Made by a program: the position numbers and the translations under genes. A stretch of DNA of 64,000 nucleotides. Origin: Octopus sinensis (Eukaryota). The notes below the pieces were generated by a model that was given only the letters and a program-made list of their open reading frames with translations, did no database searches and was not told the origin of the DNA. Every line of letters begins with the position of its first letter. Positions within the stretch are counted from its first letter, which is position 1. This document shows, piece after piece, positions 51,896 to 63,743 of the stretch. Location: NCBI RefSeq assembly GCF_006345805.1, contig NC_042997.1:166656001-166720000 (forward strand), read 5' to 3'.

Positions 51896-52149
51896 TGAAT
51901 TAAAACAATCCAGTACTCAGCTAGTTCTTTATTTTTTAAACCCTTGAAGGGATGAAAGACAAAGTTGATTTCAGAAAGATTTGAACTCAAAACGAAAAGA
52001 GCCAGAATAAATAATGCAAGGCACTTTTCCAAGGCTCTAACAATATTGCTAAACCACTGCCTTTAACAAAAACAATAATTATAATAATAATAATAGAATC
52101 AACTAGAACAAACAAGACCGAATGCGCTGAGGATTAAAAAAACAATAAT

Positions 52150-52400
52150 AATAATCTGTTGTGTCTGGGGAGAGTCATTTTCTTTTTGTGACTTATAATG
52201 TAACACACTCACCAGTAAAATTTCCACTTATTTCTTATTTTTATTTTCCTAGAATTTTTGTTGCATCTTGCAACCTTTTCAATAGTCTTGACTATTGAAT
52301 AGTCCGGTGAATGTGTTACATTACCCTGTTACATTTACCGGTGAGTGTGTTACATTATAAAGCACAAAAAGAAAATGACTCTCCCCAGACACAACAGAAT
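52150..52400. mobile_element. Small inverted-repeat element with a decayed hammerhead-like core; related copy at about 26490-26610
   Basis: CTGTTGTGTCTGGGGAGAGTCATTTTCTTTTTGTG..TATAATGTAACACACTCACC (52156-52213) is inverted at ~52338-52398. Minus strand CTA-TTGAAAA-GGTTGCAAGATGCAAC-AAAAATTC-TAG at ~52249-52285. Confidence 0.65.
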
Positions 52401-52505
52401 ATGCTTCAACACACGAAATCATATAAAGAATCTTGCAAACCAAATCCCAAAACGAAAAATAATAATTAAATTCATATGACTACAATTTAAATTTTCCTTC
52501 AATAT

Positions 52506-52862
52506 TTAATTTTTATTCTGCACGGCAAAAGCTGTTATAAAGATATTGCTTATAGTTATAATCAGTATTAAAATAACTATGATGTTGTTTAAAATGTTCT
52601 GCCTTTTTAATTGTTCTTGCGTACTGCCTCTGGACACGGCGAGTATCCATAACATGTGTGCCACAACTACTTGAAGGACAAGTGACACGGAGATGAGAGT
52701 GATGAGCAGTATAAAGTAAGAGCTGCCTTGACCGCTGTCCAGTACTGACTTCAACTGCGACATATTAGACATGAGTAAGGAGATGTCCAACAATCCCTGT
52801 GCCATTGTCTTCTTCGTCAAATACCGATTGTAGTTAAAGTGCTTACTTGCTGGAGGCATTTC
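52506..52862 (-). CDS. NINJ: Ninjurin family protein B, core/terminal coding exon
   Basis: EMPPASKHFNYNRYLTKKTMAQGLLDISLLMSNMSQLKSVL...SLVLQVVVAHML...NILNN...ISNIFITAFAVQ. Acceptor TTTGTATCTCTTCTAAAG|GAA ATG at 52863/52862; stop at 52506. Confidence 0.95.
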   Translation of the reverse strand, partial: EMPPASKHFNYNRYLTKKTMAQGLLDISLLMSNMSQLKSVLDSGQGSSYFILLITLISVSLVLQVVVAHMLWILAVSRGSTQEQLKRQNILNNIIVILILIITISNIFITAFAVQNKN

Positions 52863-53864
52863 CTTTAGAAGAGATACAAAATATGGTGATCAGCAGTGGA
52901 TTTTAGAAAGTGAGAAAGGATAGGTGATTAACAGCATAATAGTTAGTGAGGGTGTGGTGAAGAGATGTGCTATTGAGAAAATAGTACACGCAAAAGAGGG
53001 AAAGATGAGTGAGAAAGGGTGTAAATATGAAGCGTGAAACAGAGAAGTGAGTTAAGAGTTTATGGATAGCTTTTTGTTTAAGAATGGGGCTATCACCGTA
53101 AAGCAGATTAATCAAACCCATGCCAGCTTAAGAAAATGGGTGCTAATACAATGATGATGGATGACACATGAAAAGGAGAGAGCTTTATCTATACCTGAAA
53201 GAGGTCCATCTGAGATGGAAAAATAAGTTGAATATATAGATATGTGTATCTGATCCAACTGGAAGGTGAAAGAGAAAAAAGGCTCTCATATGAAAGACTA
53301 GAAGTCTGTGTGTGTGCGTGTGAATAGATAACCATGTATGCACAAATGCATATATGAGATTTTTCTCTTATAGGAATGTATTTTCTTGAAGGTATTCTTT
53401 TAGAAGATAATCTGGTTTCACTAAGATTATTTTTCAAAACATACTCTTAAAAATGCAAGCTGGATACGTTACTGCAATTTTATTATGAACACTGCATAAT
53501 TTCTCAGTGTTTGTTTGGTAAACAGAAGTTTTATAGCAGTAAATTTAATGAAAGCTATTACCAAATTATAGGTTTGGAAAAAGAAAAAAATTCAATGCAA
53601 AAATGTTCATTTTATATCATGGCCATGCTTCTATTTCAGGTAGTTCTTTGTAAACCATAAAAATATTGACACTATTTGATCTTTTCATATTACAGTTGTA
53701 TATTTTATTGTAATTGAAGCAGCTGCAAAGATCCCTGCTGATTTTCACAGTAGGTCTTGGTATGAATGAATTACCATGTGATATTAAAATGTCTGCTAGA
53801 ATGTAATAGAGAGTTCTCTTTTTGCGGTAGAAACATTTATGGTCCAAATGACCTTTTTTTTACT

Positions 53865-54270
53865 ATATACTCTTTACTCTTTTACTTGTTTCAGTCATTT
53901 GACTGCGGCCATGCTGGAGCACCGCCTTTTAGTCGAGCAAATCGACCCCGGGACTTATTCTTTGTAAGCCCAGTACTTATTCTATCGGTCTCTTTTTGCC
54001 GAACTGCTAAGTGACGGTGACATAAACACACCAGCATCGGTTGTCAAGCAATGCTAGGGAGACAAACACAGTCACACAAACACACACACACACATATATA
54101 TATATATACATATATACGACAGGCTTCTTTCAGTTTCTGTCTACCAAATCCACTCACAAGGCATTGGTCGGCCCGGGGCTATAGCAGAAGACACTTGCCC
54201 AAGATGCCATGCAGTGGGACTGAACCTGTTGGTTAGCAAGCTACTTACCACACAGCCACTCCCGCGCATA
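53865..54270 (-). mobile_element. SINE family B, full length
   Basis: Reverse complement of 9128-9540. Confidence 0.9.
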
Positions 54271-54516
54271 TATATATATATATTTTTTTTTCACTCAGGG
54301 GATTTTATCTGAAACTACAATCCAATGTGTATTTGAAAATGTGCAAAGAACTGCAGCATGAAAAGTCATACTGCAGCAGTCACGAGTAAACCGACTGATG
54401 AACTAATGGAGCACATAAAATGCTCAGATATTAATGTTTGTACTTCAAAATAGTCATACTAAAATGATTTCATATTATTTGAGCTCACACAATTGAGACT
54501 TGGTTTGGTGATGTGT

Positions 54517-54563
<47 letters not shown>

Positions 54564-54639
54564 GTATCTATTGTCTTTCTTGGTGTAAAAATGTAATTTT
54601 CTCTCTGAGTGAAGGACGAAATATATGATGTTTAATATT

Positions 54640-55110
54640 AGGTGGTAGTGAAAAATGAGTGGTGAGTGTAGCAGATGAGTAAGGGCTAGATAAAAATGAT
54701 GTGAGCATGCTCTGCAGTATGTGCAGTGTTAGTAAACATGCAAAGCAGAACTTGGACAAACTGAGAGGAAAATGGATACAAGAGAAATAGAAATTTCATG
54801 GAGGGTGCAAGAGGGAGGACTGCAGATACGATCATGAGATGTATATGCAGGATGACAATTGGACATAGAATTCCTGTTGGATCTTGTAGAAGAGGAAGAC
54901 TGCAGAAGATGTGAGAGTTGTAGTAAAGGCTGGCCAAAAAAGTATAACAAACACAAGATGAAATTTATATCATTTGTCCTCAACATATGTTTCACCATTG
55001 TGGTTATTTGCATTCTCTGCAGTGAGTGCTCTGTGAACAATTGGATGCTGAACCACAACAATTCATCTGAGGAACACTTTTTCTTTACACTGCTAAGTAC
55101 TGTAGTGACC
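54640..55110 (+). mobile_element. Decayed RTE-type LINE fragment (Cys-rich insert and RT thumb region)
   Basis: C..C motifs followed by FLLDL..EEDC..CESCSKGWPKKY, similar to YLGD..GGC..V..R..AW.KF. Confidence 0.4.
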
Positions 55111-55146
55111 ACACCACTTTACTAGAAGCAGAATGGATGATGATAC

Positions 55147-55869
55147 TATATAAAAACATTCATTCTTAGATTATTGCGGCGTTACGTGCACCCCCCCGTT
55201 TGTTTGTCCAATTTTAAACCCTGCACGACTTCTATACACACTGTCTTTCCTACCCACCATTGCTTCTTCACCAAACTTTTTGGCGCCCTCCGATTCTTCC
55301 CCTCTCTTCCTCCCATCCTCCTCCCCTCTTCCTCCCATCCTCCTTAATCCTTCTTTCTCCTTTTCTCTTGGTCACTGATTCTGTCCCCTGCCTTCCACCC
55401 TCTTTGATTCCTCTCTCTCTGTCTCTCTTTCTCTCTCTCCTGCAACCTGCTGCTTCTTAAACCATTCTGTTTGCCTTCGTATCTCGACCAACATGTGTCC
55501 CCGCTACCGAAACGGTAATTATTTCTACGCCAGCTATGTTGTTGTTGTTGTTTTTGTCTCATTTGTCTAAAGTCGTATGACAACCACCGTTATATATATT
55601 TTGTTATTCATTACTGTTTTCAATTTCGTTTTCGTCTCTTGTATTCACATCCGTCTTGTGCGTTCACATTCCTGTCTTCTACCAAGAATCTAATGCTTAC
55701 AGCTTTTTTTCTTGGGGCTGGCCGAGTTGGAGCAAATATCAGAATTGAACAGCCGAAATTTGCTATGATGATTCGGTGTCTGACTGAAGATTGAAGGCTT
55801 CGAATGATTTGTCTGTGTTCCGTGTTCGTCCCTTCCTGTATTTCATGTTCATTATATATAAAAACATTC

Positions 55870-55872
<3 letters not shown>
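55147..55872. mobile_element. Unclassified ~700-bp insertion bounded by 18-bp direct repeats
   Basis: TATATAAAAACATTCATT at 55147-55164 and 55855-55872; CpG-retaining interior with a CT-rich tract. Confidence 0.55.
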
Positions 55873-55895
<23 letters not shown>

Positions 55896-55907
<12 letters not shown>

Positions 55908-56356
55908 AAATAAGACAAAATAGAAAATGCTAAAATAATTTTATAGTGAACATTTCAGTACCGTTTCGGTCATTTTGAGACCTTTTCAACTGTAACGATT
56001 AAATAATTAAATTTAGAAAAATTGAAGAAAAGTTTTTTAAAGGAATATTTCTATAGTAGTGTTCAAATATAAGTGGCATTCTGCCTTTCTCTGACTCCCT
56101 TGTTTGCACTTGTGTGGTGGAGAACGACCTCCAACACACAAGTGCAAACAAGGGAGTCAGAGAAAGGCAGATGCCACTTATATCTGAACACTACTATAGA
56201 AATATTCCTTTCAAAAAACTTTTCTTCTAATTTTTCTAAATTTATTATTTAATCGTTACAGTTGAAAAGGTCTCAAAATGACCGAAACCGGTACTGAAAT
56301 GTTCACTATAAAATTATTTTAGCATTTTCTATTTTGTCTTATTTTTTCATATATAT
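55896..56356. repeat. Near-perfect long palindrome (~225-bp arms, 6-nt loop)
   Basis: 55896-56122 is the reverse complement of 56129-56356 with a handful of mismatches/indels; loop AACGAC at 56123-56128. Confidence 0.95.
56257..56298 (+). ncRNA. Minimal type-I hammerhead ribozyme motif, U3-A8 variant
   Basis: CAG-TTGAAAA-GGTC-TCAAAAT-GACC-GAA-ACCGGT-A|CTG: stem I CAG/CTG, perfect 4-bp stem II, palindromic helix III, GUA cleavage triplet ending at 56293. Confidence 0.65.
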
Positions 56357-59300
56357 CAACTCGTGTGTTCCTTTTCACCCTTATACATATATATATATAT
56401 ATATATATACTGGTTTCACACTTAAGACTTTAGCAATACTGGAGCATTGTCTTCAAGAATTTTAAGCCATCATATCAACCCCACTAATTATTTCAGTCTG
56501 GCAGTTAATAATTTCTCAATCTTTATTTTTTGAATCATTAAGGTAAAAGACCTAAAGAAAGATAACATCTCAACACTGACAACAGATGTAACTGGACTGG
56601 ATCAAAACCATACTTATTAAGGAAAAGTTAATTCAAAGAAAGAAGGTAAAAAATATTGAAAGAGGGGGAAAAAAAACCCAATAAAAATTATATCAGAGTA
56701 ACAGTTGGGCATTTCAAAATATAACTTGCTATAGAAGGAACTTAAAGCCTATACGGAAGCATATGTGGAGCTTTAGGTAGATAAATTTTGCAAATATTTG
56801 AGTGGTACACTTTGTGTGTTTGATTTCAGGACATGCTCCTTTTGTGCAACAGAAAATTATAAATGAATATGTTTGCTCAACAGAAGAAAGGATGTGACAT
56901 CACATTGAAGACAGTAGAATAAATTATTTTTTTAAAACATGTCCTGTTTGTAAAAGCATATATATCTGATGATTTAATAGTGATAGAGCTGACAATAGAG
57001 GTATAGTAATGTTGATCTGAAGAGAACAACAATTTAAATTGAACAAAAAAAAAAAACCCTCAAAAAACAAAAAATGACCAACGAATTAACTAATAACAAA
57101 TTGGCAATTCAGAGAATTGGATGTACAGAGTACATTAACTGAATAACAGAATATGTTATTCTGAGAGTTAAAGCTCTGGAAACAAAGACTTGATAGGAGA
57201 TAAGATCATGTGTATTTCCTTTATATCCTGTTATCATAAGTTGATCCTTTCCATTTATTCTTACACTGTATAGAGTTAATGCTATATCCCAAATAATTCA
57301 TAATTCATATGAATTTATAATAGGCCCTATGAAGTATGCATATTTTGTTATCATATAAATAAAAATTCACATAACACACATATGTATATCCATACATGCA
57401 CATAAGGATAACTAGTTAATAATTCAGATATAAAAGTTGCCAAAAGTATCATAAGAAAAAATTTAAAAATTCACATAAGCGTGTAAAAGCACAAGTGCAA
57501 AGGAAAAGGTTATAAGCGATTTTAGAAAATATCATAAACTTAAATAACAAAAATAATTGTGTATGTGCATTAAAAGGCAGAAAGGTGAAAGGTTTCAGCA
57601 TAGAAAGTAGAAGGCAAATATAGTATCAACAGAAAAAAATTAGGCATAAAAGTTATTAAAAATACGAAAAAAGGAAAGAAAATTCTGCAGGCAAAAAAAT
57701 AGAGGAGGTTAATAATGTGTTAATAACAAGAGGATAAATGAAGAACTCTTTGAAATTAATGATGAAAAAATTAACATATAAATGAAAAAGAAGTTAAGGG
57801 AGTAAAGATAATTTGGTTGAGATAAAGCCCAAATTTAATAGGATCTTCATTAAAGGAAATAAAAATGCATTGAAATTAAAATGTGAATTGCAAACTTTAA
57901 ACTAAATAAGGCAGCTAGTGCTTGAATGATTAAAACAATTTAGCAAGTGTGTGTTAGGTTATTAACTATAGTTTTACAACAATGATAAAAGATCAGGAAT
58001 GAAAAGATTGGTTGAAATTGGTTTTGTTGGCCATTCATATTAACAATTTGAGATTGTGTAGAGAAAGCTAAATGTTCTTAGAGATGTGTGGCTTCAATGA
58101 ATTTTTGCATAAAAATCATGAGCCAAGCAAATAGATATATAAATAGGCTGGTGAAGTTTGAAAAAAAAATTTTTAAATAGAGTTAGTAATATTAGTTAAG
58201 GAAAAGCTAAGGCATGTCGTACATATGAAGAGATATAACAATTATAAAGCTCAGAGGTTCAGAGAAACTTCAAAATTGTGAAGCCAGAAAAGTAACAAAC
58301 AAATATCAAATATAAGATGCAGAAATAGATTCAAGCAGAAAACTGAATATACTGAACCTATGTCTTGGAGACACAAACTTAAAAATAGAATATGTAATAT
58401 GTGGATGAATCCACCTTTTAATCTCAAAGCAGACCACTTTGTAACAGGAATTTTTACTTAAGAATACTCCCCATATAATCATAGGTATTATAGTACTTTC
58501 AGTAAACTTCCTATTAAGATCCCAATACCATAATTTAGCCCCTACTTATGCTTCTTCTAACCTAATGAAATTAAAGCAATCTAGTACTGCATATACAACT
58601 AATAATTGTAACTATGCTAATTATTTGTCATGTCCTTTCAACATCTAATGCTTAAATAAAGATATCACATACAAAAGTAAAACTACTGACTCCACTAAAG
58701 TATAAATGGATCTCACTGTAAATCCTTTTAAGATTCAAAGTTTTTCTTTCAGACACATTCCACATGTAAGACTATATCTCTTTGAAATTGTAAGCAGAAC
58801 CTAAAGACCATAACCTTTCAAAACACAGACATACAACTAGACATAGTAAATTACTGATGTGCACACAGACATTCAGACAGAAACATAAACACATTGCACA
58901 TGCATACATGTGCCTGAATATATATATATATATACAGAGTATGTAAGTGTATGCATGCTCAAAATGCCTTTGTAAACATCTATAAACAGGCTCCTATAAA
59001 CAGAGGCACACAGAGTTCGCACATTTATGCAAGCATACATATATGCATATAGGAAGAATATATACATAGCATTCAGGCATACACGCACACATACAACAAA
59101 TCCAGGTTACTCTATACCATACACAACACAATCATCTCCAAGTAAAATTTCACATGGATCTTGTTTTCTTATGAACACACACACACACACACGTATACAT
59201 ACACACCACACACAAGTTTTCTTGTCTACTTTTTTATCCCACTGCATATTTGTCAACAGAGTAAACATATCTTATTGTCTTGTTATGGAATTTCTCTATT

Positions 59301-60079
59301 CCATACAGATCATTATACTACACAGCCCATTCAAACAGAATCTGTTCCTAATCAGTATGCATCGTTAATGGGAACAAAGTTCATATTTAAATTTTAAAAG
59401 AATGATTATTTTGTTTGTATGAATAAACCAGTGATTTACTGGAAAAAAATTAAAAATAGAGTTCTGAGACTCTATTTAATTTCCTGTTTCAAGTTGCTCC
59501 TACTTTAGGAGATCATAGATCTCGAATTTTTAGACTTATGATATTAAGCCTTGAATTTTCTAATGTGTCGTTTCTTTTCTAAGACAGTAGGGTACAAAGT
59601 GAAGGAAGTACGGCTGCTATTTTTAGCAGGTCGGACGCTCGCGAAGATACTTTTTCGCCAGCGTTTGTTGGCACATTTGAGCTTACATGTGAGTATTATA
59701 GCAGAAAATCATGTTATGAATAGATTAAATGGAATATATTAAAGGTTTAGGTGGGAAATGAATAACTATCCATCACAGAAGGGAAAGAATGAACTTCAAA
59801 AGTATCAGAGTTATTTCCCCTAAACAATTACTAAAACAAAATAACGCAACTTGCACAAATTGTTTGTGTATGCGTGTATGTGTGTGTGTGTGTGTGTGTA
59901 ATACGCGTGACTACACACATCGATTGAATTGGAAAACCCACTAAAACTCGAACTTATCAATATACTAGCTTCTTCAAGTTTCATACTAAAATAAACAGTA
60001 GAAATGGCATGAAGATCCAAAGGGAATGACGAATAACGTTCATGAGAACTTTTACACATAGTTACATCTTTTAATAATA

Positions 60080-60715
60080 GTTTCAAATTTTGGCACAGGG
60101 CCAGCAATGTCAGGGAAGGGGATAAATCGATTACATCGCTCTCAGTGTTCAACTGATACTTATTTTACCGACCCCGAAAGATGAAAGGTAAAGTCGACCT
60201 CGGCGGAAATTGAACTTAGAACGTGGAGACGGACGAAATATCACTTAGTATTTTTCCCGGCATGCTAACGATTCTGCCATCTCGCCACACCTTTTAATAA
60301 TTATTTCTTTTTTGCCCACAGGGGGCTAAACATAGAGGGGACAAACAAGGACAGACAAAGAGATTAAATCGCTTACATCGACTCCAGTGTTTCACTGGTA
60401 TTTATTTAATCGACTCCAAAAGGATAAAAGGCAAAGTCGGCGGCAGCAGAATTTGAACTCAGAACGTAGCTGCAGACGAAATATCTATTTCTTTACTACC
60501 CACAAGGGGCTAAACACAGAGAGGACAAACAAGGACAGACAAATAGATTAAGTCGATTATATCGACCCCAGTGCGTAACTGGTACTTAATTTATCGACCC
60601 CGAAAGGACGAAAGGTAAAGTCGAGCTCGGCGGAATTTGTACTTAGAACGTAACGGCAGACGAAATACGGTTACGCATTTTGCCCGGCGTGCTAACGTTT
60701 CTGCCAGCTCGCCTT
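60080..60715 (-). repeat. Three SINE family A copies with CpGs retained
   Basis: Copies at about 60080-60290, 60300-60480 and 60485-60715. Confidence 0.88.
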
Positions 60716-60794
60716 TTAATAATGAAATGAAATAATACAAGCTCCGTCTGAGAAATTCCAAATACTTTCCCACCACCCAATATCAGCATTGCTA

Positions 60795-60950
60795 GGCATA
60801 GGCGTGGCTGTGTGGTAAGAAGCTTGCTTCCCAACGACCTGGTTCTAAGTTTAGGCCAAACGCGTGACACCTTGGGCAAATGTCTTCTACTATAACCTCG
60901 GGCGGGTCAAAGTCTAATAAGTGGATTTTGTTGAGGGAAACTGAAAAAGT
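60795..60950 (+). mobile_element. SINE family B 5' half
   Basis: ATAGGCGTGGCTGTGTGGTAAGAAGCTTGCTTCCC...GGAAACTGAAA. Confidence 0.75.
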
Positions 60951-61081
60951 GCGGATTGAGCTGCTGTCTTGCAGACTTTAACATATTTTCTGTTACTTTG
61001 TTATATACCAGTTGTATTCAATGAACTTTCTACAATCAGTGAGGACAAAGATCATAGTTTTCTTACCATTAATTTATATTG

Positions 61082-61352
61082 CAAATAAGAAAATGGAGAA
61101 ACACATTAGTTGGTTTATCCGCTTTAGGATATTAGAATGTTGACTTATTTATTTATCAAAACGACAACCAATATAACATACATATATACAGTATAAAATT
61201 CAATACATATAAGATAAAAATACAAATAGTTATTAAAAAAACATTAATATAAAATATTAATTATGGTTGTCGTTTTGATAAATAAATAAGTCAACATTCT
61301 AATGTCCTAAATCTAATAAACCAACTAATGTGTTTCTCCATTTTCTTATTTG
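61082..61352. mobile_element. Hairpin/MITE-like element with ~89-bp inverted arms
   Basis: 61082-61170 is the reverse complement of 61264-61352; AT-rich spacer. Confidence 0.8.
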
Positions 61353-61619
61353 TGATATTATATATATATATATTTGTGCGTACAGGTGGTAGTGTGTTTA
61401 CGTCCCTGTAACGTAGTGGTTCGGCAAATGAGACCGATAGAGCAGGTACCAGACTAATAATAATAAGTACTGGTGTCGACCCATTCGTGTAAAAACTCTT
61501 CAAGGCGGTGCCCTAGCATGGCCGCAGTCTAAAGACTAAAACAAGTGAAAGATAAAAAAATAACTTTATCGAGTTAACAAGACAGCTTCTATATGGTTTT
61601 TCGACTTATAAGAAATAGC

Positions 61620-62480
61620 AGTCTAATCGGAAACTTTGCTTGAGAAAGAGACTCTACGTTCTTCTGGATAGGGATGTACTCAGACGGGGGCAAATGATGG
61701 CATTGGTTTTATTGTGAAGAATTCACGTCTGAAGATGATGGAGCCCAGTGAGAAAGGGACCGAACAGGTTTTCTCTCTTCGGCTCCTCAAATCCGATGAG
61801 AGTCTGAACCTCCTGTAGTGGCTATGCATAAATCTTCTACTTCATTCATGACTTAAGAGACTCCTACGACCAGCTCTCAACTATAATACAAAAGCTTCCG
61901 AGTTCGGAACAGTTGCTGCTACGTGGCAGCTTCTTTACCAGAGTGGGCGTCGATAACAGTTCCTGGTTCAAAGGCAGCAGGTTGGCAGAACCGTTAGCAC
62001 GCCGGGCGAAATGCGTAGCCGTATTTCGTCTGCCGTTACGTTCTGAGTTCAAATTTCGCTGAGCTCGACTTTGCCTTTCATCCTTTAAGGGTCGATAAAT
62101 TAAGTACCAGTTACGTACTGGAGTCGATATAATCGACTTAATCCATTTGTCTGTCCTTGTTTGTCCCCTCTATGTTTAGCCCCTTGAGGATAACAGTTCC
62201 TGGTTCAGAAGCCTAGAGTAGTATGGATGGGTCTGGCAGCATAAATTAGAACGCAAAACTGTTCGTACAACGAAACTTTGCACATATTAAGAATTTGTGT
62301 CTCCAACACCTATTTGCAGACAATTTCCACGCCAAAGTTAGGGTAAGGTATCTTGAGGATAATCACACTTCATATTCCGACTATAATTTGACTTGATAAT
62401 CAAAAGATGTCGCCACCTGAGAAACATGCTTTCAGAGTGCCGACTGTGACATGAACCATTGTCTGTTTTGCTGCATAATC
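61620..62480 (+). mobile_element. Decayed RTE/BovB-type APE endonuclease fragment interrupted by a SINE
   Basis: DGIGFIVKNS..SLRL upstream and FQSADCDMNHCL downstream (cf. F.SADCDTDH). Confidence 0.65.
61971..62188 (+). mobile_element. SINE family A with perfect 19-bp TSD
   Basis: GATAACAGTTCCTGGTTCA at 61952-61970 and 62189-62207. Confidence 0.95.
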
Positions 62481-62517
62481 AGAAGTGCAATGTCCAGATA
62501 AAGTAGCGGTGGGGTGG

Positions 62518-62537
62518 AGAGAGAGAGAGAGAGGGGG

Positions 62538-62568
<31 letters not shown>

Positions 62569-62580
62569 GAGAGAAAGAGA

Positions 62581-62616
<36 letters not shown>

Positions 62617-62797
62617 AAAATAAGTAGGTCGCGCGAGAAGAGATAGATAGGGAGATAAAAAGATAGCGAGATGGATGTATAGACCGATGGATAGACAGAT
62701 AAACAGGTATAGAAATAGCGAGATAAACAGATAGATAAATGAAGAGCGAGATAGATAGATAGATAGATAGATTGCAAGATAAATAGGTAGATAGATT

Positions 62798-62859
<62 letters not shown>

Positions 62860-62866
62860 CAGATAT

Positions 62867-62963
<97 letters not shown>

Positions 62964-62975
62964 GATAGATAGATG
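62518..62975. repeat. (GA)n followed by (TAGA)n/(CAGA)n microsatellites
   Basis: Directly visible. Confidence 0.97.
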
Positions 62976-63324
62976 GACAGCTAAGTAATAGATACAAAGA
63001 TTATCATGCAGGCAGTTAAATGATTGATTAACATACAAACGCCTGTACAAGTACGGGGTTATGTACTATATATCAACATTGACTTATAAAACCCGCAGCA
63101 CCACTGATATTGGGTCAGTGCGAGACCAATTAAACGTCGGTACATATTTAATCGATTAATTCATATCGTGCAGCAAGTATTACGATGCGACCCGACAAAA
63201 TGTGTGCAGGCTGTAAAATCATTAATTCACTCATCACACAAAAAGAAACGCGTGGGAGTATGTTTTATTGTTATAACAGTTATCAATCAACTGAAGCATA
63301 AATCGCTAGTCAAGAAACCGTTTC

Positions 63325-63743
63325 GGGTCTTAGTAGTTTATTATTTCTTTATTGCCCACAAAGGGGCTAAACACAGAGGGGACAAACAAGGACAGACAAA
63401 GGGATTAAGTCGATTATATCGACACCAGTGCGAGCTGGCAGAAACGTTAGCGCGCCGGGAGAAATGCTTAGCAGTATTTCGTCTGCCGCTACGTTCTGAG
63501 TTCAAATTCCGCCGAGGTCGACTTTGCCTTTTATCCTCTCGGGGTCGATAAATAAAGTACCAGTTTCGCACTGAGGTCGATCTAATCGATTTAATCCCTT
63601 TGTTTGTCCCCTCTATGTTTAGCCCCTTGTGGGTAGTAAAGAAATATATATCGACCCCAGTGCGTAACTGGTACTTAATATATCGACCCTGAAAGGATGA
63701 AAGGCAAAGTCGACCTCGGCGGAATTTGGGTCTAGTAGTTTAT
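63325..63743. mobile_element. SINE A (+, 63433-63646) nested in an antiparallel, partial SINE A (-), both with TSDs
   Basis: Inner TSD TATATCGAC(A/C)CCAGTGCG at 63415-63432 and 63647-63664; outer TSD GGGTC(T)TAGTAGTTTAT at 63325-63341 and 63728-63743. Confidence 0.88.

Noticed and set aside
57400-58400. AT-rich stretch with faint RT-like words
   Set aside because: Too degenerate to assign without a profile search.
62400-63050. 216-aa and 172-aa YLSI/LS-repeat ORFs
   Set aside because: Translations of (TAGA)n and (GA)n microsatellites.
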